Source: Mobula hypostoma
Lineage: Eukaryota
Direction: 5' to 3'
DNA: 64,000 bases
NCBI RefSeq assembly: GCF_963921235.1
Contig: NC_086108.1
Span: 102,364,001 to 102,428,000 of the forward strand
The position numbers and the translations under genes are program-made. The notes beneath the pieces were generated by a model. It ran no database searches, was not told the origin of the DNA, and saw only the letters and a program-made list of their open reading frames with translations. Shown in pieces: positions 13,201 to 26,199 of the stretch (its first letter is position 1; every line of letters begins with the position of its first letter).

Positions 13201-13384
13201 TAGAGGCTTTTAAGAGAGGTTTGGATACTTACTTGGATGTAAGGAAGACGGAGGGATATGGGCGTGGTGTAGGTAGGAGGAATTAGTGTCTGGGTGTTTT
13301 TGATTTGCTTTTTAGCTGGTTTAGCACAACATGGGCTGAATAGCCTGGGTTTCATGTTGTACTGTTCTATATTCAATGTAAATA

Positions 13385-14260
13385 GGGAGTCTGCTGCGGA
13401 AGGACTTAGACAGATTAGAAGAATGGGCAAAGAAATGGCAGATGGAATACAGTGTAGGGAAGTGTATGGTCATGCACATTGCTAGAAGGAATAAAAGCAT
13501 AAAGTATTTTCTAAATGGGGTGAAAATTCAAAAAGTCAGAGGAGCAAAGGGACTTGGGCGTCCAGTACAGGATTAATTTGCAGATTGAGTTGGTGGTGAG
13601 GAAGGCAAATGCAATGTTGGCATTCATTTCAAGACGACTAGAATATAGAAGCAAAGGTGTGGTGATGAGGATTTATAAGGCACTTATCAGACTGCACTTG
13701 GAGTTTTGTGAGCAGTTTTGGGTCCCTTATCGAAGAAAAGATGAGTTGGCATTGCACAGGGACCAGAGAAGATTCATGAGAATGACTCCATGAATGAAAG
13801 GGTTAAGGTATGAGTTGCGTTTGATGGCTCTGGGACTGTACTTGCTGGAGTTTAGAAGGCTGAGAGAGGATCTCATTGAAACTTGTTAAATATTGAAAGG
13901 CCCAGATAGAGTGGATGCAGAGAGGTTGTTTCCTATAGTGGGGGATTTTTGGACCTAATGGCACAACCACAGAATAGAAGGATGTCTATTTAGAACAGAG
14001 ATGACGAGGAATTTCTTAGCTAGAAGGTGGCGAATCTGTGGAATTTGTTGCCACAGACGGCTGTGGAGGCCAGTTAATTGGATATATTTAAAATGTGGTT
14101 TGATAGGTTTTTGATTGGTCTGGGTGTGAAAGGATACAGGGAGAAGACAGGAGAATGGGGCTGAGAGGGATAACAAATCAACCATGATGGAATGGCAGAG
14201 CAGACTTGATGGGCCAAAAGATCTAATTCAGCTCCTTTGTCTTAGGGTCTTATGGTCTTA
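13385..14260 (+). mobile_element. CR1 3' fragment
   Basis: KANAMLAFISR...LHLEFCEQFW and CR1 3' UTR with short repeat tail. Confidence 0.88.
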
Positions 14261-14803
14261 AACATTTCCTCCTGCCGAGGTCTAAACAAAGAGAATAGGT
14301 TTACAGTAAGGGATTGTTTCACCCAGTTGAAATCTGAACATACAGCCTGAACAGCTGGTAGAGGCGGGTTACATTTAAGATGCATTTAAATGAGTTCTTG
14401 AAATGCCTTGGCTCGAAGGCTGTGTCACATTCTAGCAAGTGGGATTGGTGTTAATTGGTACTTGATATTTGGCATGGATATTGTTTGATTCTGTAATCAT
14501 GAGGACATTAACTAGAATGTTAACTCTGTTTCTTCTCTGTGGCTGCTGAGAATTTTGTAAGTTTTCTGTTCTTACTTCAGCATCTCAATATTTTGCTTTT
14601 ATTGGGATGTTTTTTGCAAAGCTTTTCCATGGAAGCAATATTATAATAGTCTCCATATACAACATTACATTGTGGTGATTCCACCATAACGGTTGTTATG
14701 ATCTGTTTAATCGGTTATTATTCTTCATTCACCTTTTTGCTCCCCATCCCTCATCTTCCCTCCACCACTTCCCACTCTAATGGCCATTGAACTCACGGTG
14801 AAG

Positions 14804-14962
14804 GTGTACAATGAAACGGAACCTCGTCTGAAGGAGCTGAGGCCCTTTCCTGAGCTGCTGAAGGCAGCTGAACAAAGGCTGCACGAGTGTGAGGAAAAGC
14901 TCCTGAGTCGCAAGAGAAGGTTCCCTGACTTATCCAAAACACTGACTGAGCTACAGGTGAAG
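14804..14962 (+). CDS. ODF2L: ODF2L-like exon (VYNETEPRLKELRPFPELLKAAEQRLHECEEKLL...LTELQVK)
   Basis: Resembles the ODF2-family segment 'L..LP.LLK..E..L.ECQ..L'; phase 0; donor either at 14956 (CAG|gtgaag) or 14962 (AAG|gtgcca). Confidence 0.8.
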
Positions 14963-15359
14963 GTGCCATTTCTAATGCGAAAACCAGTAATTGGTGGATG
15001 GATGTTAGCACAGTTGTTATCAGTTGAGTGCTTCGTCTGCCCAGCCTTTTGTAGCTTCAGTCTTGTGTGTACAAGAGTTTTTCTGGAGCCTTGGGACACA
15101 ACACTTATTGATATTACTGTATATTGTGCAATGTCAGTAGCAAGGTTCTAGAAACAAGTGCTGAAATTGTGGATGGATTTCTAGTGATTGTTTTGCTTGA
15201 TCTCTTTCTGCACTGTGTTTTCCATTTACTCTCTCTGCTCTGTCTTTCTGTTTTACTTACAAACCTGTAGTTGTTGCTAGTAATTTCAGCATTTCCTTGT
15301 GTGGCTTTCAGAAAGATTGGCGATCTTGTAGAAACCCTACATTTGTACCTATGTTGCAG

Positions 15360-15460
15360 GCCAGTGACCAGAGTTACAGAGAAAAATCCCCTTCGGAAAA
15401 CTTGGAGTCCTTAAGGGAAGAGAAGCACACGTTGCTCCAGGCTTTGAATGTTCTTTCCTG
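15360..15460 (+). CDS. ODF2L: ODF2L-like exon (ASDQSYREKSPSENLESLREEKHTLLQALNVLS)
   Basis: ttgcag acceptor, TG|gtaatc donor, 101 nt, phase 0-2, matches the phase of the next exon. Confidence 0.75.
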
Positions 15461-16284
15461 GTAATCTCTCAACCATTTTAAATCCTGTTTCAGATAATCT
15501 TTTTCATTGCATGAGCTCATCAGATCATTTCAGAACCCGTCAATAAATCTTTTCTAATTTTGGCTTACCAGATGTGAATACACACGCCACATACTGTAGT
15601 TCAGCAGTGAAGCAGATGACATACACTGGTAGCTCCCTCCTGACGCTCAGGGATTTCATTCTATATTATAAACACAGGAGATAGTGCAGATACTGGAAAT
15701 CCAAAACAACACACAAAAAAATGTCGGAGGAACTTAGCAGGTCAGGCAGCACCTATGGAGGGGAATAAACTGTTGACATTTTGCACCAAGTCCCTTCTTC
15801 AGGACTTTTTGCCATTTTATAATTTATGAAGCCCAGTTATGCTGATTTATATGTCTTAAAGAGTGGATCTTGTCTCCTTTTGATCTCCAAAGTAGTTACT
15901 CCCTGATGCTAATTACAGATCCCTCTTGACTCTTCTGTTGAAGAAGATGGGGGTGAGGGGTCACTTCCTCCAACAAGCAGTCAAGTCCTTGTCAAATGCA
16001 GCGGAAGAAAGCAGCAATTGGATTTGGATTAAAAGGAAAGACAACAACTGGGCTGCAGGATGAAGACAGGAGGGTATGGAACTGAGGGGGTGTATCTGGG
16101 ATGCCAGGTAGCACCGTTGAGCCCTCTGGAGCATCGTGGGCTTATCAACGAAACGTCAAAGAAGGAGGGTGCCCACCTGATGACCCCAATGATGTATCTA
16201 TCCTCCCTCCTTGTCACCACTCTAAACCCACTGCCAACATCGAGAGTGCCAACTTACCATAGGAATTGAAACATCAAGTCCTAG

Positions 16285-16658
16285 TAGCACACTGGAGGAA
16301 CTCAGCAGGTTGGGCAGCATCCATGGAAATGATTAGTCAATGTTTTGGGCCGGAATCCTTCATCAGGACTGAAGAGGGAAGGGGCAGAGGCCCTATAAAT
16401 AAGGTGGGGGGAGGGTGGGAAGGAGAAGGCTGGTAGGTTCCAGGTGAAAAACCAGTAAGGGGAAAGATAAAGGGGTGGGGGAGGGGAAGCAGGGAGGTGA
16501 TAGGCAGGAAAGGTGAAGAAGGAATAGGGGAAACACAATGGGTAGTAGAAAGAGGCGGAACCATGAGGGGGGAGGGGGCAGAGTGAAATAGGGATAGGGG
16601 AAGGGAGGGGGAGGGAATTACCAGAAGTTGGACAATTCAATGTTCATACCAAGGGGCT
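16285..16658 (-). mobile_element. Penelope pLTR fragment
   Basis: Near-identical to 1250-1640. Confidence 0.9.
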
Positions 16659-17074
16659 ATGGTATGAACTAGCCCTGAATAGTTCTGACCAGAACTTGTA
16701 CCTACAGCCACTTGTTAAAGTCAACAGCCCATTAAATGTTCTTGCCATTTCTTTCTTCCTCCTCCATCTCCTGTCTCAAACTCGTCAACTTTTGTGTTTA
16801 GCAAATAGTTGCTGAGGCTGTCATGGCTCTTAAACTGGTATGTCTGAACCAGCTGAGGAAGGGGGCAAGGAGAGAGTGGGCATTATTTGACAACAATGAT
16901 AAAAATGGTTGGATTATGTTTGTCAGTAAATGCTGATTCAGAAAAGAAAAACGAGTGACTTTAATTTTCACATTATACAAGTCATCATCTTGGTTGCTTC
17001 TGATGTGAAAATGGTAAACACATATTTGCCTCCTGGATTTAGGTTTACGACACATAGAAAAGGGGGCTCAGGAG

Positions 17075-17710
17075 GGGTGTTGGCTGCCTACCCAGACGGA
17101 ATATGAGGTGTTGCTCCTCCAAACTGAATTTGGCCTAATCATGGTAGTAGTTGAGGCTGTGGTCCAACATGTCAGAATGGGAATGGGAAGTTAAATTGAA
17201 ATGGGTGGCCTCTGGGAGATAATGGCTTTTTTGGTAGGCAGAGCAATGGTGCCTCAAACCTGATGGCATGAACATCGGTTTCTCCAGCTGCCATTAATTT
17301 TCCCCCCTCCTTTCTCCTTCTCTCTTTATCCATTCTTCATTCTGGCTACCCTCTTTCTTCTCCGCACCTGCCCATCACCTCTTTCCTCTATTTTTCCATG
17401 GTCCGTTGTCCTTTCCTTACAGACTCCTTCTTCTTCAGCCCTTTACCTCTTCCACTTATCCCCTCCCAACTTCTTTCTTCATCCTTCCATCTTCTCTCTC
17501 ACCTGTCTCACCTATCTCCTGCCAGTCCTTCTCTTCCCCCATCTTCTTATTCTGGCTTCTTCCTTCCTTTCCAATCCTGATGAAGGGTCTTGGCCCGAAA
17601 TGTTAACTGCTTATTCCTTTTCACAGATGCTGCCTGACCTGCTGAGTTCCTCCAGCATTTTGCGTGTGTTGCTCTGGATTTCCAGCATATTCAGAATCTC
17701 TTGTGTTTCT
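17075..17710. mobile_element. Penelope fragments in inverted arrangement (endonuclease 3' end on minus, pLTR on plus)
   Basis: ctacccagacggaatatgaggtgttgctcc (minus), then plus-strand pLTR with ctgatgaagggtcttggcccgaaa at about 17577. Confidence 0.75.
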
Positions 17711-18959
17711 GCAAAAAAAAAAGCATTGATTCCTTGCAGATTTTTCCATGTACAGCTCCCTCACTCTTCCTGCAGAAAAGCTCTGGGTTTTTATGGAATG
17801 GGGTTGCTAGCCCTGTGCCCAACCCCCTTTCTTTCACAGCCAGGCTTGGGACTGTCCATGGCAGGGTAATTTTATTTGCACTATTTATTTATTTTGCAAC
17901 TTGTAGTAATTTTTTTTTCTTGCACTGTACTCCTACCATGAACTGACAAATATTACGATGAATGTCTTTGATAATCCAGCTGCACAATGAGCAGCCATCG
18001 GAAGTAGTGAATGTGGGTTCGATTGCAACATTTAAGAGAAGCTTGCATACGTACATGGATGAGAAGGGTATGGTGGGCTATGGTCTGAGTGCAGGTTGAT
18101 GGGAATGGGCAGAGTAACAATTTGGCAAAGACTAGATGGGCCAAAATGCCTGATTCTGTGCTGTACTGCTCTACAACTCTATAATAAACATGATTCTGGT
18201 TCTGGTCATTTCATACAAACAGGGAAAATTGTAGCAGGAATCCGTTAAGTTTGCTGCACCAGTTAATGTACTCATCCAATGGTGAATCTGTGAAATTCAT
18301 TGCTACAGATGAGTGTGGAAGCTAAGTCATTGGGTATATCTAAAGCAAAAGTTGGTGGGTTCTTGATTAGTAAGGGTGTCAAAAATTATGGGGAAAAGAC
18401 AGGAGAATGGGGTTGAGAGGGATAATAATTCAGCCATGATGGAATGGTGGAACAGATTTATAAGCCAAAGGGCCTAATCCTACTCCTATCTCTTAAGGTT
18501 TTAAGGTCTTTAACACTTGGATCCTCTGATTGAAGGGGTACAGTTGTGAAGGAAGTCCACATCTAATCATGCTGACATTCGGCATCAAAAAATAAAATCC
18601 CATTAACATCCCTCATTTAAGATTACCTTAATGGGGATTTGTAATTGGTTTCTGTAGGCCTTTAATTGCCAATAATCTGATCATATCCTCTTTGCAGTTG
18701 ACCTGGATTGGATCTTCTTACTCAAACTGAATACCAGAGTTCTTTGAACACAAGACCTTTTCAATTGCTGCCTGCATTTCACATTCAGATCATCATTGAC
18801 TAAATCTATTTGATGGCAATGTCGGCTGGATTCAAATCTAGTATACAAATAGAAGCCTGCCAAAGAAATTCTAAATACTTTTGTTTTAGTTGGTTAGCAA
18901 TTTTAATAACCAGTGTACCATTGATGGGAGTATGCACATTTTCCAATTGCATTTAGGTT

Positions 18960-19355
18960 CTTTTTCCCTTCCCCATTCTGGCTTCCCTCTTACACCTGCT
19001 CTTCACGTCATCTGCTAACCACCTGCCTCTGATGCCCTCTTCCTTTCCTTTCTTCTTCAGCCCTTTAACTCTTCCACCTATCACCTCCCAGCTCTTACTT
19101 CATCCACTTCGCCCATCCACCAGCTTTCCCCTCACCTGGTCTCCTATCATCCTATCACCTTCTTGTTTGTTCTCCATCTCATCCCCCCCTCCCCCACCAC
19201 CTTCTTATTCTGGTTTCTTCCTTCTTCCTTTCCAGTCCTGGTGAAGGGCATGGGCCCAAAATGTTGACTTGTTATTCCTCTCTCTAGATGCTGCCTAACC
19301 TGCTGAGTTCTTGCAGCATTTTGTGCACATTGCCTCTGCAGAACTTATTGTGTTT
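18960..19355 (+). mobile_element. Penelope pLTR fragment just upstream of an ODF2L exon
   Basis: Pyrimidine-rich tract, decayed hammerhead, gatgctgcct...gctgagttc end. Confidence 0.75.
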
Positions 19356-19410
19356 AGATTACCTTTCTAGCTTGAGTGCACTAAAGAATTGCAATCATTA
19401 TTGATCAAAG

Positions 19411-19573
19411 GAAGCTAAAGGAGGTTGATATACAAAACCAAGAGCTGAATGAGACAATGGCAAAACAAGAAGAAGCAGTTTTACTCAGCAACTGCCAACT
19501 GGAAGAGCGATCAAGGGAATCTGCAGCTCTGAGCCGGCAGTTGGAAGCAGCATTACATGATGTCAGTGAAAAG
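19411..19573 (+). CDS. ODF2L: ODF2L-like exon (KLKEVDIQNQELNETMAKQEEAV...QLEERSRESAALSRQLEAALHDVSEK)
   Basis: 163 nt, phase 2-0, AAG|gtataa donor; resembles ODF2 'LEEKTRECGTLARQLESAIED'. Confidence 0.85.
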
Positions 19574-21123
19574 GTATAAACATATCCCGCGCTGGAAGCT
19601 GTTAGATTTTCTGTTGGTGCTTGCCTTGAACAAAAAGTGAATTGTATTTTCCTTTAAGGGTAGGTATAAATGCAAACCAAAAGTTTTTCCCAGATGAGAT
19701 TAATTTGTTCTTAGGTGCTGCTTGACGTTCTGAGTTCCTCCAGCATTTTGTGTGTGTTGCTCTGGATTTCCAGCATCTGCTGAATCTCTTGTGTTTTTGG
19801 TTTGTGCGTGACATAAGAGTGACTCATGTAAAATGTTGGAGGAACTCAGCAGGTCAGGCAGCATCTGTTGAGAAGAACAAACAGTCAGCATGTCATGCTG
19901 AGACCATTCATCAGAAGAATGACATTTGAGACCTGTGAAATTCATTAAAGAATTCAAGAACACTATAAAATAGGAGCAGGAGTAGGTCAGGCCCACTGAT
20001 GCCTGACCCACCATTGATAATGTCTATGTTGTGCTAGTTTATCATCACCCTCAATTCCTCAATCTTTCAAATACTTATCTACTGCCATCTTAAATATACC
20101 TAATGGTCTGGCATCTGCCACTATCAGGGTCAAAGAATCTAAGTTCAATTTCAAGTTTATTGTCATTCAACCAAATACATGCACACCACCAAATGAAGCA
20201 ACATTCCGTCGGACCAAGGTGCATGACAGAGTACATATAACTCACACACATAACACAAAGTAATGTTACCACAAATACTGTAAATTAACAAATAATTATG
20301 TGCATTTATGACACAAGACTTGGGTAGTGGCCAAGAGTTTAATAGTCTCACAGCCTGGGGGAAGAAGCTGTTTCCCATCCTAACAGTCCTTGTCCTAGAG
20401 CTACAGTCCCTCCTGCCTGATATATGGGGGTAGGTCGGTATAAAAGAAATTGTTGGATAGGTGAGAGAGAAGAATGGATGGAAATTCCCTATCCTCAGAG
20501 ATAAGAAATTTCCCCATACTTCATTTTCAAATGATGGGCCCCTTATTTTACAGGTATGCACCCTTGGGTGGCGGGGTGGAGATGCATCTCTATCTAAGGA
20601 GGTATAAGACGATCCTTCCCTCCGCTGGCCTGCAGGTCACCCTTGGGCAAGGTGTAGCATGTGATCAGGTGGTGGATGGTCATATGAGCAGCTAGTGCAA
20701 ATCAGAAGTCCTGGTTACGCAACCACTGATGCCAGACAATCTCTGAAGAGTATTGATAATGGCTGGAGTCAGCTATCTTGTAAAGACACCGCTCAGAAGA
20801 AGACAATGGCAAACCACATCTGTGGGAAAATTTGTCAAGAATAATCATGATCATGAAATGACCATGATTGCCCATATCATAGGACACAGAACATAACAAA
20901 CCCTTGTTCATGGCTATTCCATTCAACATTTACCCTGTCAAACTCCTTTAGGATCTACATGTTTGATTAAGTTCACCCATCATTCAATTTCTCACTGAAG
21001 TTGAGTGATAAAAGTTTCACTGTACCCTTGTTGTTTCCTTTGGCATGGTTGTGATACCCCCTTGTTTATGGGTTTTTAAATCTAATTCCTCATTGATTAG
21101 ACATGTTCCCTTCCCTTTCGCAG

Positions 21124-21249
21124 GTTAGGGAGATGAAAGACCAGGCTGCAGCTAGAGAACGAGCATTTCAGAACAGGATACTTGGACTGGAATCAGAGTT
21201 AAATAGGACGACAAATGACCTGAAACTGCTTCAACAAAGCAAAGATCAT
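21124..21249 (+). CDS. ODF2L: ODF2L-like exon (VREMKDQAAARERAFQNRILGLESELNRTTNDLKLLQQSKDH)
   Basis: Strong polypyrimidine tract plus cag acceptor, gtgagt donor, 126 nt; resembles ODF2 'ERAAQNKILDLETQL'. Confidence 0.9.
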
Positions 21250-21268
21250 GTGAGTTTTGTGTACGTCA

Positions 21269-21337
21269 TACATCGGTCAGTGTAAATACATCGGTCAGTG
21301 TAAACACATCGGTCAGTGTAAACACATCGGTCAGTGT
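21269..21337. repeat. 18-bp tandem repeat, 4 copies
   Basis: acatcggtcagtgtaaa(c/t) units starting about 20 nt after an exon donor. Confidence 0.92.
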
Positions 21338-21502
21338 TAAGGAGGGTACAGGCTTCACTGAGGAAACATCTGCAAGTTGAAGAAAAGAGCATGAAGCAAA
21401 ATTACATTTATTCAAATGGGGGCGCAGCAAGAATCTCATGTGAAATCTGTGGGAAGCTGAGAAATCACTGCCAAGATATTTGAAAGGATTCTGCTACCTC
21501 TA

Positions 21503-21956
21503 CGAGGGGTGATTGATAAGTTTGTGGCCTACAGTAGACGAAGTCAATTTTAGAAAACCTAGCCCATTTATTTTTCAACATCGTCCCCTCCTACATTTAC
21601 ACACTTAGTCCAGCAGTCGTGGAGCATTGGTATCTTGGACCTCCAGAAAGTGTCCACAGCAGGGGTGATTGATAACTTCGTAGCCTAAGGTAGAAGGAGA
21701 TGAGTTGTACAGCTCTCGTTACATGCACATGCAGTTCAACTCTTTGAGTGAAAATGCAGAAAGTTTGAAGTTAATAACTCATCTCCTTCTACCTTGGCCA
21801 TTTCTGGAGGTCCAAGATGCTGACTTCTACAAAGAAGGGATCCATATGCTCCACAACAGCTGGACTAAGTGTGCAAATGTAGGAAAAATAAATGTGCTAA
21901 GTTTTCTAAAATTGACCCCCTCTACCTTAGGCCATGAACTTATCAATCACCCCTTG
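21503..21956. mobile_element. Mariner-derived MITE
   Basis: TA on both sides; long TIRs cgaggggtgattgataagtt...; residual transposase C-terminus DFYKEGIHMLHNSWTKC. Confidence 0.9.
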
Positions 21957-22335
21957 TATGTCCTTGGCACTATTCTGCCTGTTGACAATAACAGTGGTTT
22001 TATTGCCATACCACTCCTTTCCTGTTTTACTTCGGAATGTGATTTCTGTACTGTTTGCTCCCTGTTGGACATCTAAAGTAGATGGTGGATGAAAATCTAA
22101 TGAAATAAATGAATGATGCAGAACCTAGTGATAATTAGCAGCAAAGCAAAAGGAATGCCCAAATCAATAAATCATCAAGCAAAACCAAATCCTCTCAAAC
22201 TGGCTTGCAGAATACCTCAGACTAAATCCATTTGTTGTGTCTGGTAAAAAGAACAAACTCCATATACTTTGTCATCCAGCTTCTTTTGTATGATGATATA
22301 TTTAGCAGCAAGGCTTGAGTGAGTATGTCGGTACT

Positions 22336-22610
22336 GGTGCCACAGTAGTGTAGTGGTTAGTGTAATTTTATTACAGCTCTGGGGTGTTCCGAAGTTCAGA
22401 GTTCAGGGGTTCAGAGTTCAGTTCCAGCACTGTTCTAAAAGGAGATTCCATACATCCTCCCCATGGAATGCATGTGCTTTCTCCAGGTCCTCTGATTCCT
22501 TACACTGTCCAAAGACACACCAAGTTAGTTAATTGACCATTGTGAATTGTTTCATGACTAGGTTAGGGTTAATCGGATTTGTCATAGATTGCTGGGGTAG
22601 CATGGCTCAA
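22336..22610 (+). mobile_element. tRNA-derived SINE (HE1/V-SINE-like), degraded
   Basis: A-box-like tagtgtagtggttag, central 'tcctccccatg...tccaaagac' V-domain-like region. Confidence 0.6.
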
Positions 22611-23509
22611 AGTATGTTAGTCACTTTTTTTTCATTTTCCGGCATCTGCAGTTTTATCTGTTTTCTGCTAATAAGTATTCGTACTAGTGGTTTATTATTG
22701 TCATGCATACCAAGATACAGTGGAAAGCTTTGCATGCTATCCAGACAGATCATGCCACGTATAAAGGCATCGAGAGAGTGAAAAGTGGAACACAGTGTAG
22801 CAGGCACAGAGAAAGTGCAGTTCACGTCAACAAAGTGCAAAGGCTGTGACGATTTCAAGGTTCAAGTTTATTTGTCACATGTATATTGAAATATACAGTG
22901 AAATACACTGTTTACATTAACAATCAACCCACCCGAGGATGTGAGTGCTGGGACAGCCTGCAAGTGTCACCTCACACTCTGACACCAGCATAGTATGCCC
23001 ACAGCACGATACAGAACGCAACAAGTAACTACAGCAAAACGAGCTCTGTTCCTGGACACAGGATGCTGGAACTCCAGAGGCACACACACAAAATGCTTCA
23101 GCAACCAGGCAGGTCAGGCAGCATTTATGCAGGGAGTAAACAGTTGATGTTTCGGGTTGAGCCCCTTCATCAAGACTTCCTTCCTCCCTGACGAGGTAGA
23201 TTGAGAGCTCTTTGGTGCAAGAAAGAAACATTCAAGAGTCTGATAGTAGTTGGTTGGAAGCATCTTTGAATTTGCAAGTACATGCTCACAAGTTTTTGTA
23301 TCTATTAATAGATTTTGAATCAGTACTTAATTTTGGCATAAATATGGCAGGCCAAAGGACTGGTCAAGAAAGGTCTGTGAGGTGAGAAACAGTTAATGTT
23401 GAATAAAGAAACAGAATTATAGAGAATGATGAGCTGAATGGAACAGCATGAGACAACATTGTACCAAGAAAGAAAGTAATCAATGTTGGGTGGAACAAAT
23501 TCTCTGTAC

Positions 23510-24020
23510 ACATTGTGAGCACCTTTGGGCCCCTTACCTAAGAAAGGATGGGCTGGCATTGCAGGGGTCTAGTGGAGATTCATGAGTATGATCCAACAAT
23601 GACAGTTAGCTGTTGATGGCTCTGTACCTGTACTCACGAGTTTAGAAGAGTGATCCAGGAAGGGGAAGGATCTCATTGAAATCTATAGAATATCGAAAGG
23701 CTTCAACAGAGTGGATGTGGGGAGGATGTGTCCTATAGCGGGGGTGTCTAGGACCAGAGGGCACGGCCTCAGAATGAAAGGACATCCCTTTATAACACAG
23801 GTGAGGAGGAATTTCTTTAGCCAGAGGGTGATGCACCTGTGGAATTCATTGCTGCAGACAGCTGCGGAGGCCAAGTTACTGGCTATATTGAAAACAGAGG
23901 TTGATACGTTCTTGATTAGTAAGCACGTCAAAAGTTATGGGGAGAAAGCAGGAGAATGATGTTAAATCAGTCATGATGGAATGGTAGAGCAGACTCAATG
24001 AACTAAACGGTCTAATTCTG
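23510..24020 (+). mobile_element. CR1 3' fragment
   Basis: SRTRGHGLRMKG...RRNFFSQRV..LWNSL. Confidence 0.85.
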
Positions 24021-24335
24021 ATTCTCAAAGAGCAGTTAAGATCAAGAGCATACTACCTGTAAAGATAATGGAATGACCTTCAGCAGTAATTTTCAAAAGC
24101 TAATTGGAGCTGAACTTGAAAAGGCCTAATCTGCAAGTTAAGATGGAAAGGTGGATGTGGGTCAAATTGGAGAAAACTTGCAAAGAGCCAGTGGGTAAAA
24201 CAGTTTGTAAAGATTCTTTGATCCATTAGTTTTCAAGTTCTTCAAAAGCAAAACAATGTAGATAAAGCTCTCCAGTGTTCTCTCTATAATGAAACTTTTC
24301 TTTCCAAGCTCAAGAGATGAGTCTTGCTTCCTCAG

Positions 24336-24536
24336 GCTGATCTAAATCATAAGATGCATCTGCAGGAGTTGAATCTCAGCCTCGAACAATCTGAGAATCA
24401 GAATCGGAGCATCCAGAACTACATCCAGTTCCTCAAAACATCCTACACAACGATGTTTGGAGACGGCGTACCAACAGATCTTCACACCGAGCCGATGCTT
24501 GACAATCTTCCCACAACTCTTTCCTCAACTGCATGA
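24336..24536 (+). CDS. ODF2L: ODF2L-like last coding exon ([44 protein letters not shown]...stop)
   Basis: cttcctcag acceptor; C-terminal ODF2/ODF2L signature 'LEQSEN.N.S.QNY.QFLK.SY..MF'; candidate ATTAAA polyA signal at about 24629. ODF2L rather than ODF2 is judged from recalled sequences. Confidence 0.88.
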   Translation, partial: ADLNHKMHLQELNLSLEQSENQNRSIQNYIQFLKTSYTTMFGDGVPTDLHTEPMLDNLPTTLSSTA

Positions 24537-25106
24537 CAATCCTTCCAGATGAGACGTATCAAAAATCAGGTTCATTGAAGGTCATGGAAATTGCTAATGA
24601 TGTGAACATTGTGCTGCTGTCAACTATGATTAAACTGAATACCTTAAATGTTTTTTTAATAACTCGAAACTGATTTTAGTAATTTAATTTAAGACGCTTT
24701 AATGGATCCTCATAATTTTGTTCATAACCTATTCAAACAATATTGTTTCCTACTTAAAAATAAGTTAATCTCCTGTGCTGTCAACTGGGATACAGAGTTC
24801 TATAAATAACAATTTTCATAATCCTGTGCATTATTTTCAGGTTTAAAATATTGATGATGTATAAGGTTTTGTGAAATCATGAGTTCAATATCATCTTTTT
24901 GACTCCCTTTTGTATTTGACATTTTCCCTTCTTGCCCATCTTTGAGTTTATTGACAACTAGACCAGGTGGTTCATCCTTCACCTGTCTCAATTCCATTGT
25001 GCTTGATGGATATCTCCTAGGGCAGTAGCCTCTGCTCATACCTCCCGTGTCTTAAAGCAAATTGTGTCTTAGGAGTCAGAGACGAGACTGCAGCTGCTGG
25101 AATCTG

Positions 25107-25332
25107 GGTGGCATGGTAGCCAAACCATTAGCTTAATAATTTACAGTGCCGGAGACCCAGGTTCAATTCCCTCTGCTATGCATAAGAAGTTTGTATGTTT
25201 TCCTGTGCCCACATGGATTTCTTCCTGCATTCCAAAGATGTATGGGTGAGTAGGTTAATTGGTTACATCGGGTAGTGCAGGTTCGTTGGGCTGGAAAAGC
25301 CAGTTATTGTGCTGTATCTCGAAATAAAATAA
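25107..25332 (+). mobile_element. tRNA-derived SINE (HE1/V-SINE-like)
   Basis: gtggcatggtagc...acagtgccggagacccaggttcaattcc (A and B boxes), A-rich tail. Confidence 0.7.
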
Positions 25333-26199
25333 AACCTGGAGGTTTGTTCCTGGCATATCATGAGCTCCACACTTGCATGTTTCCTGAGCCTGCAGTTGGC
25401 AAAAGGATGAAATCTGACAAACTCTTTCCCATGTTGGCCACATTCTCAATGTAGTCCACTCACTCCCTCCGGATCGAAGCTGTGGGAAACCAAGTGGGTC
25501 AAAGTTGCACCCATCCCTTTGCCTTTGTTTCTCGCTTCTTCACACGCCCTCCTTCAGCTCCCTTTTTCTCCCCAATGACTGGAGGTTTGGGAAATCTGTA
25601 AATGAAAAAAAGATTGGAAAAGAGCAGACCAGGCAGCATTGTTGGGGTGGGGTGAGGTGCTGGAAATCTGGATCAACACACAAAAAGCTGGAGGAACTCA
25701 GTGAGTCAGGCATAAAGTGAGTGAGAACAGTCTTTGCCCCAGAGTAGGGGAGAACAAAGCTAGGAACCATTCATTTAGAAGTAAAGGAGAAGGATTTAAA
25801 TGCAACCTGAGGGGAAGATTTTTCACACAGAGGGTGGTGAATATATGGAATGAACTGCCAGAGGAAGTGGTTGAGGCAAGTACAATTACGTCATTTAAGA
25901 AACACTTGGACCGAATGCAGGAAGTTGGCACTGGCTAGGTGGGCACTGTGGTCAGCACGGTCTGGTGAGCCAAACAGCTTGTATCCAAGCTTTATTGCTC
26001 TATGACTCTAGACTGTATCACAGTTGAAAGTTACTGATTTTTAAATTTGCCTTGGGTATGTCTGCACCTTGCAATAATTAATTCTTTGGAAGTAATGTTT
26101 TGGCTGGAATATTGTTTGAGATATTTTGAGGATGTACAAAGTGCTAAATAAATACAAATAATTATCCTAAGCATACTGACAAAACATTCAGGTATTCTT

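Noticed and set aside
25107..25175. tRNA gene
   Set aside because: Degenerate A and B boxes followed by a SINE body.
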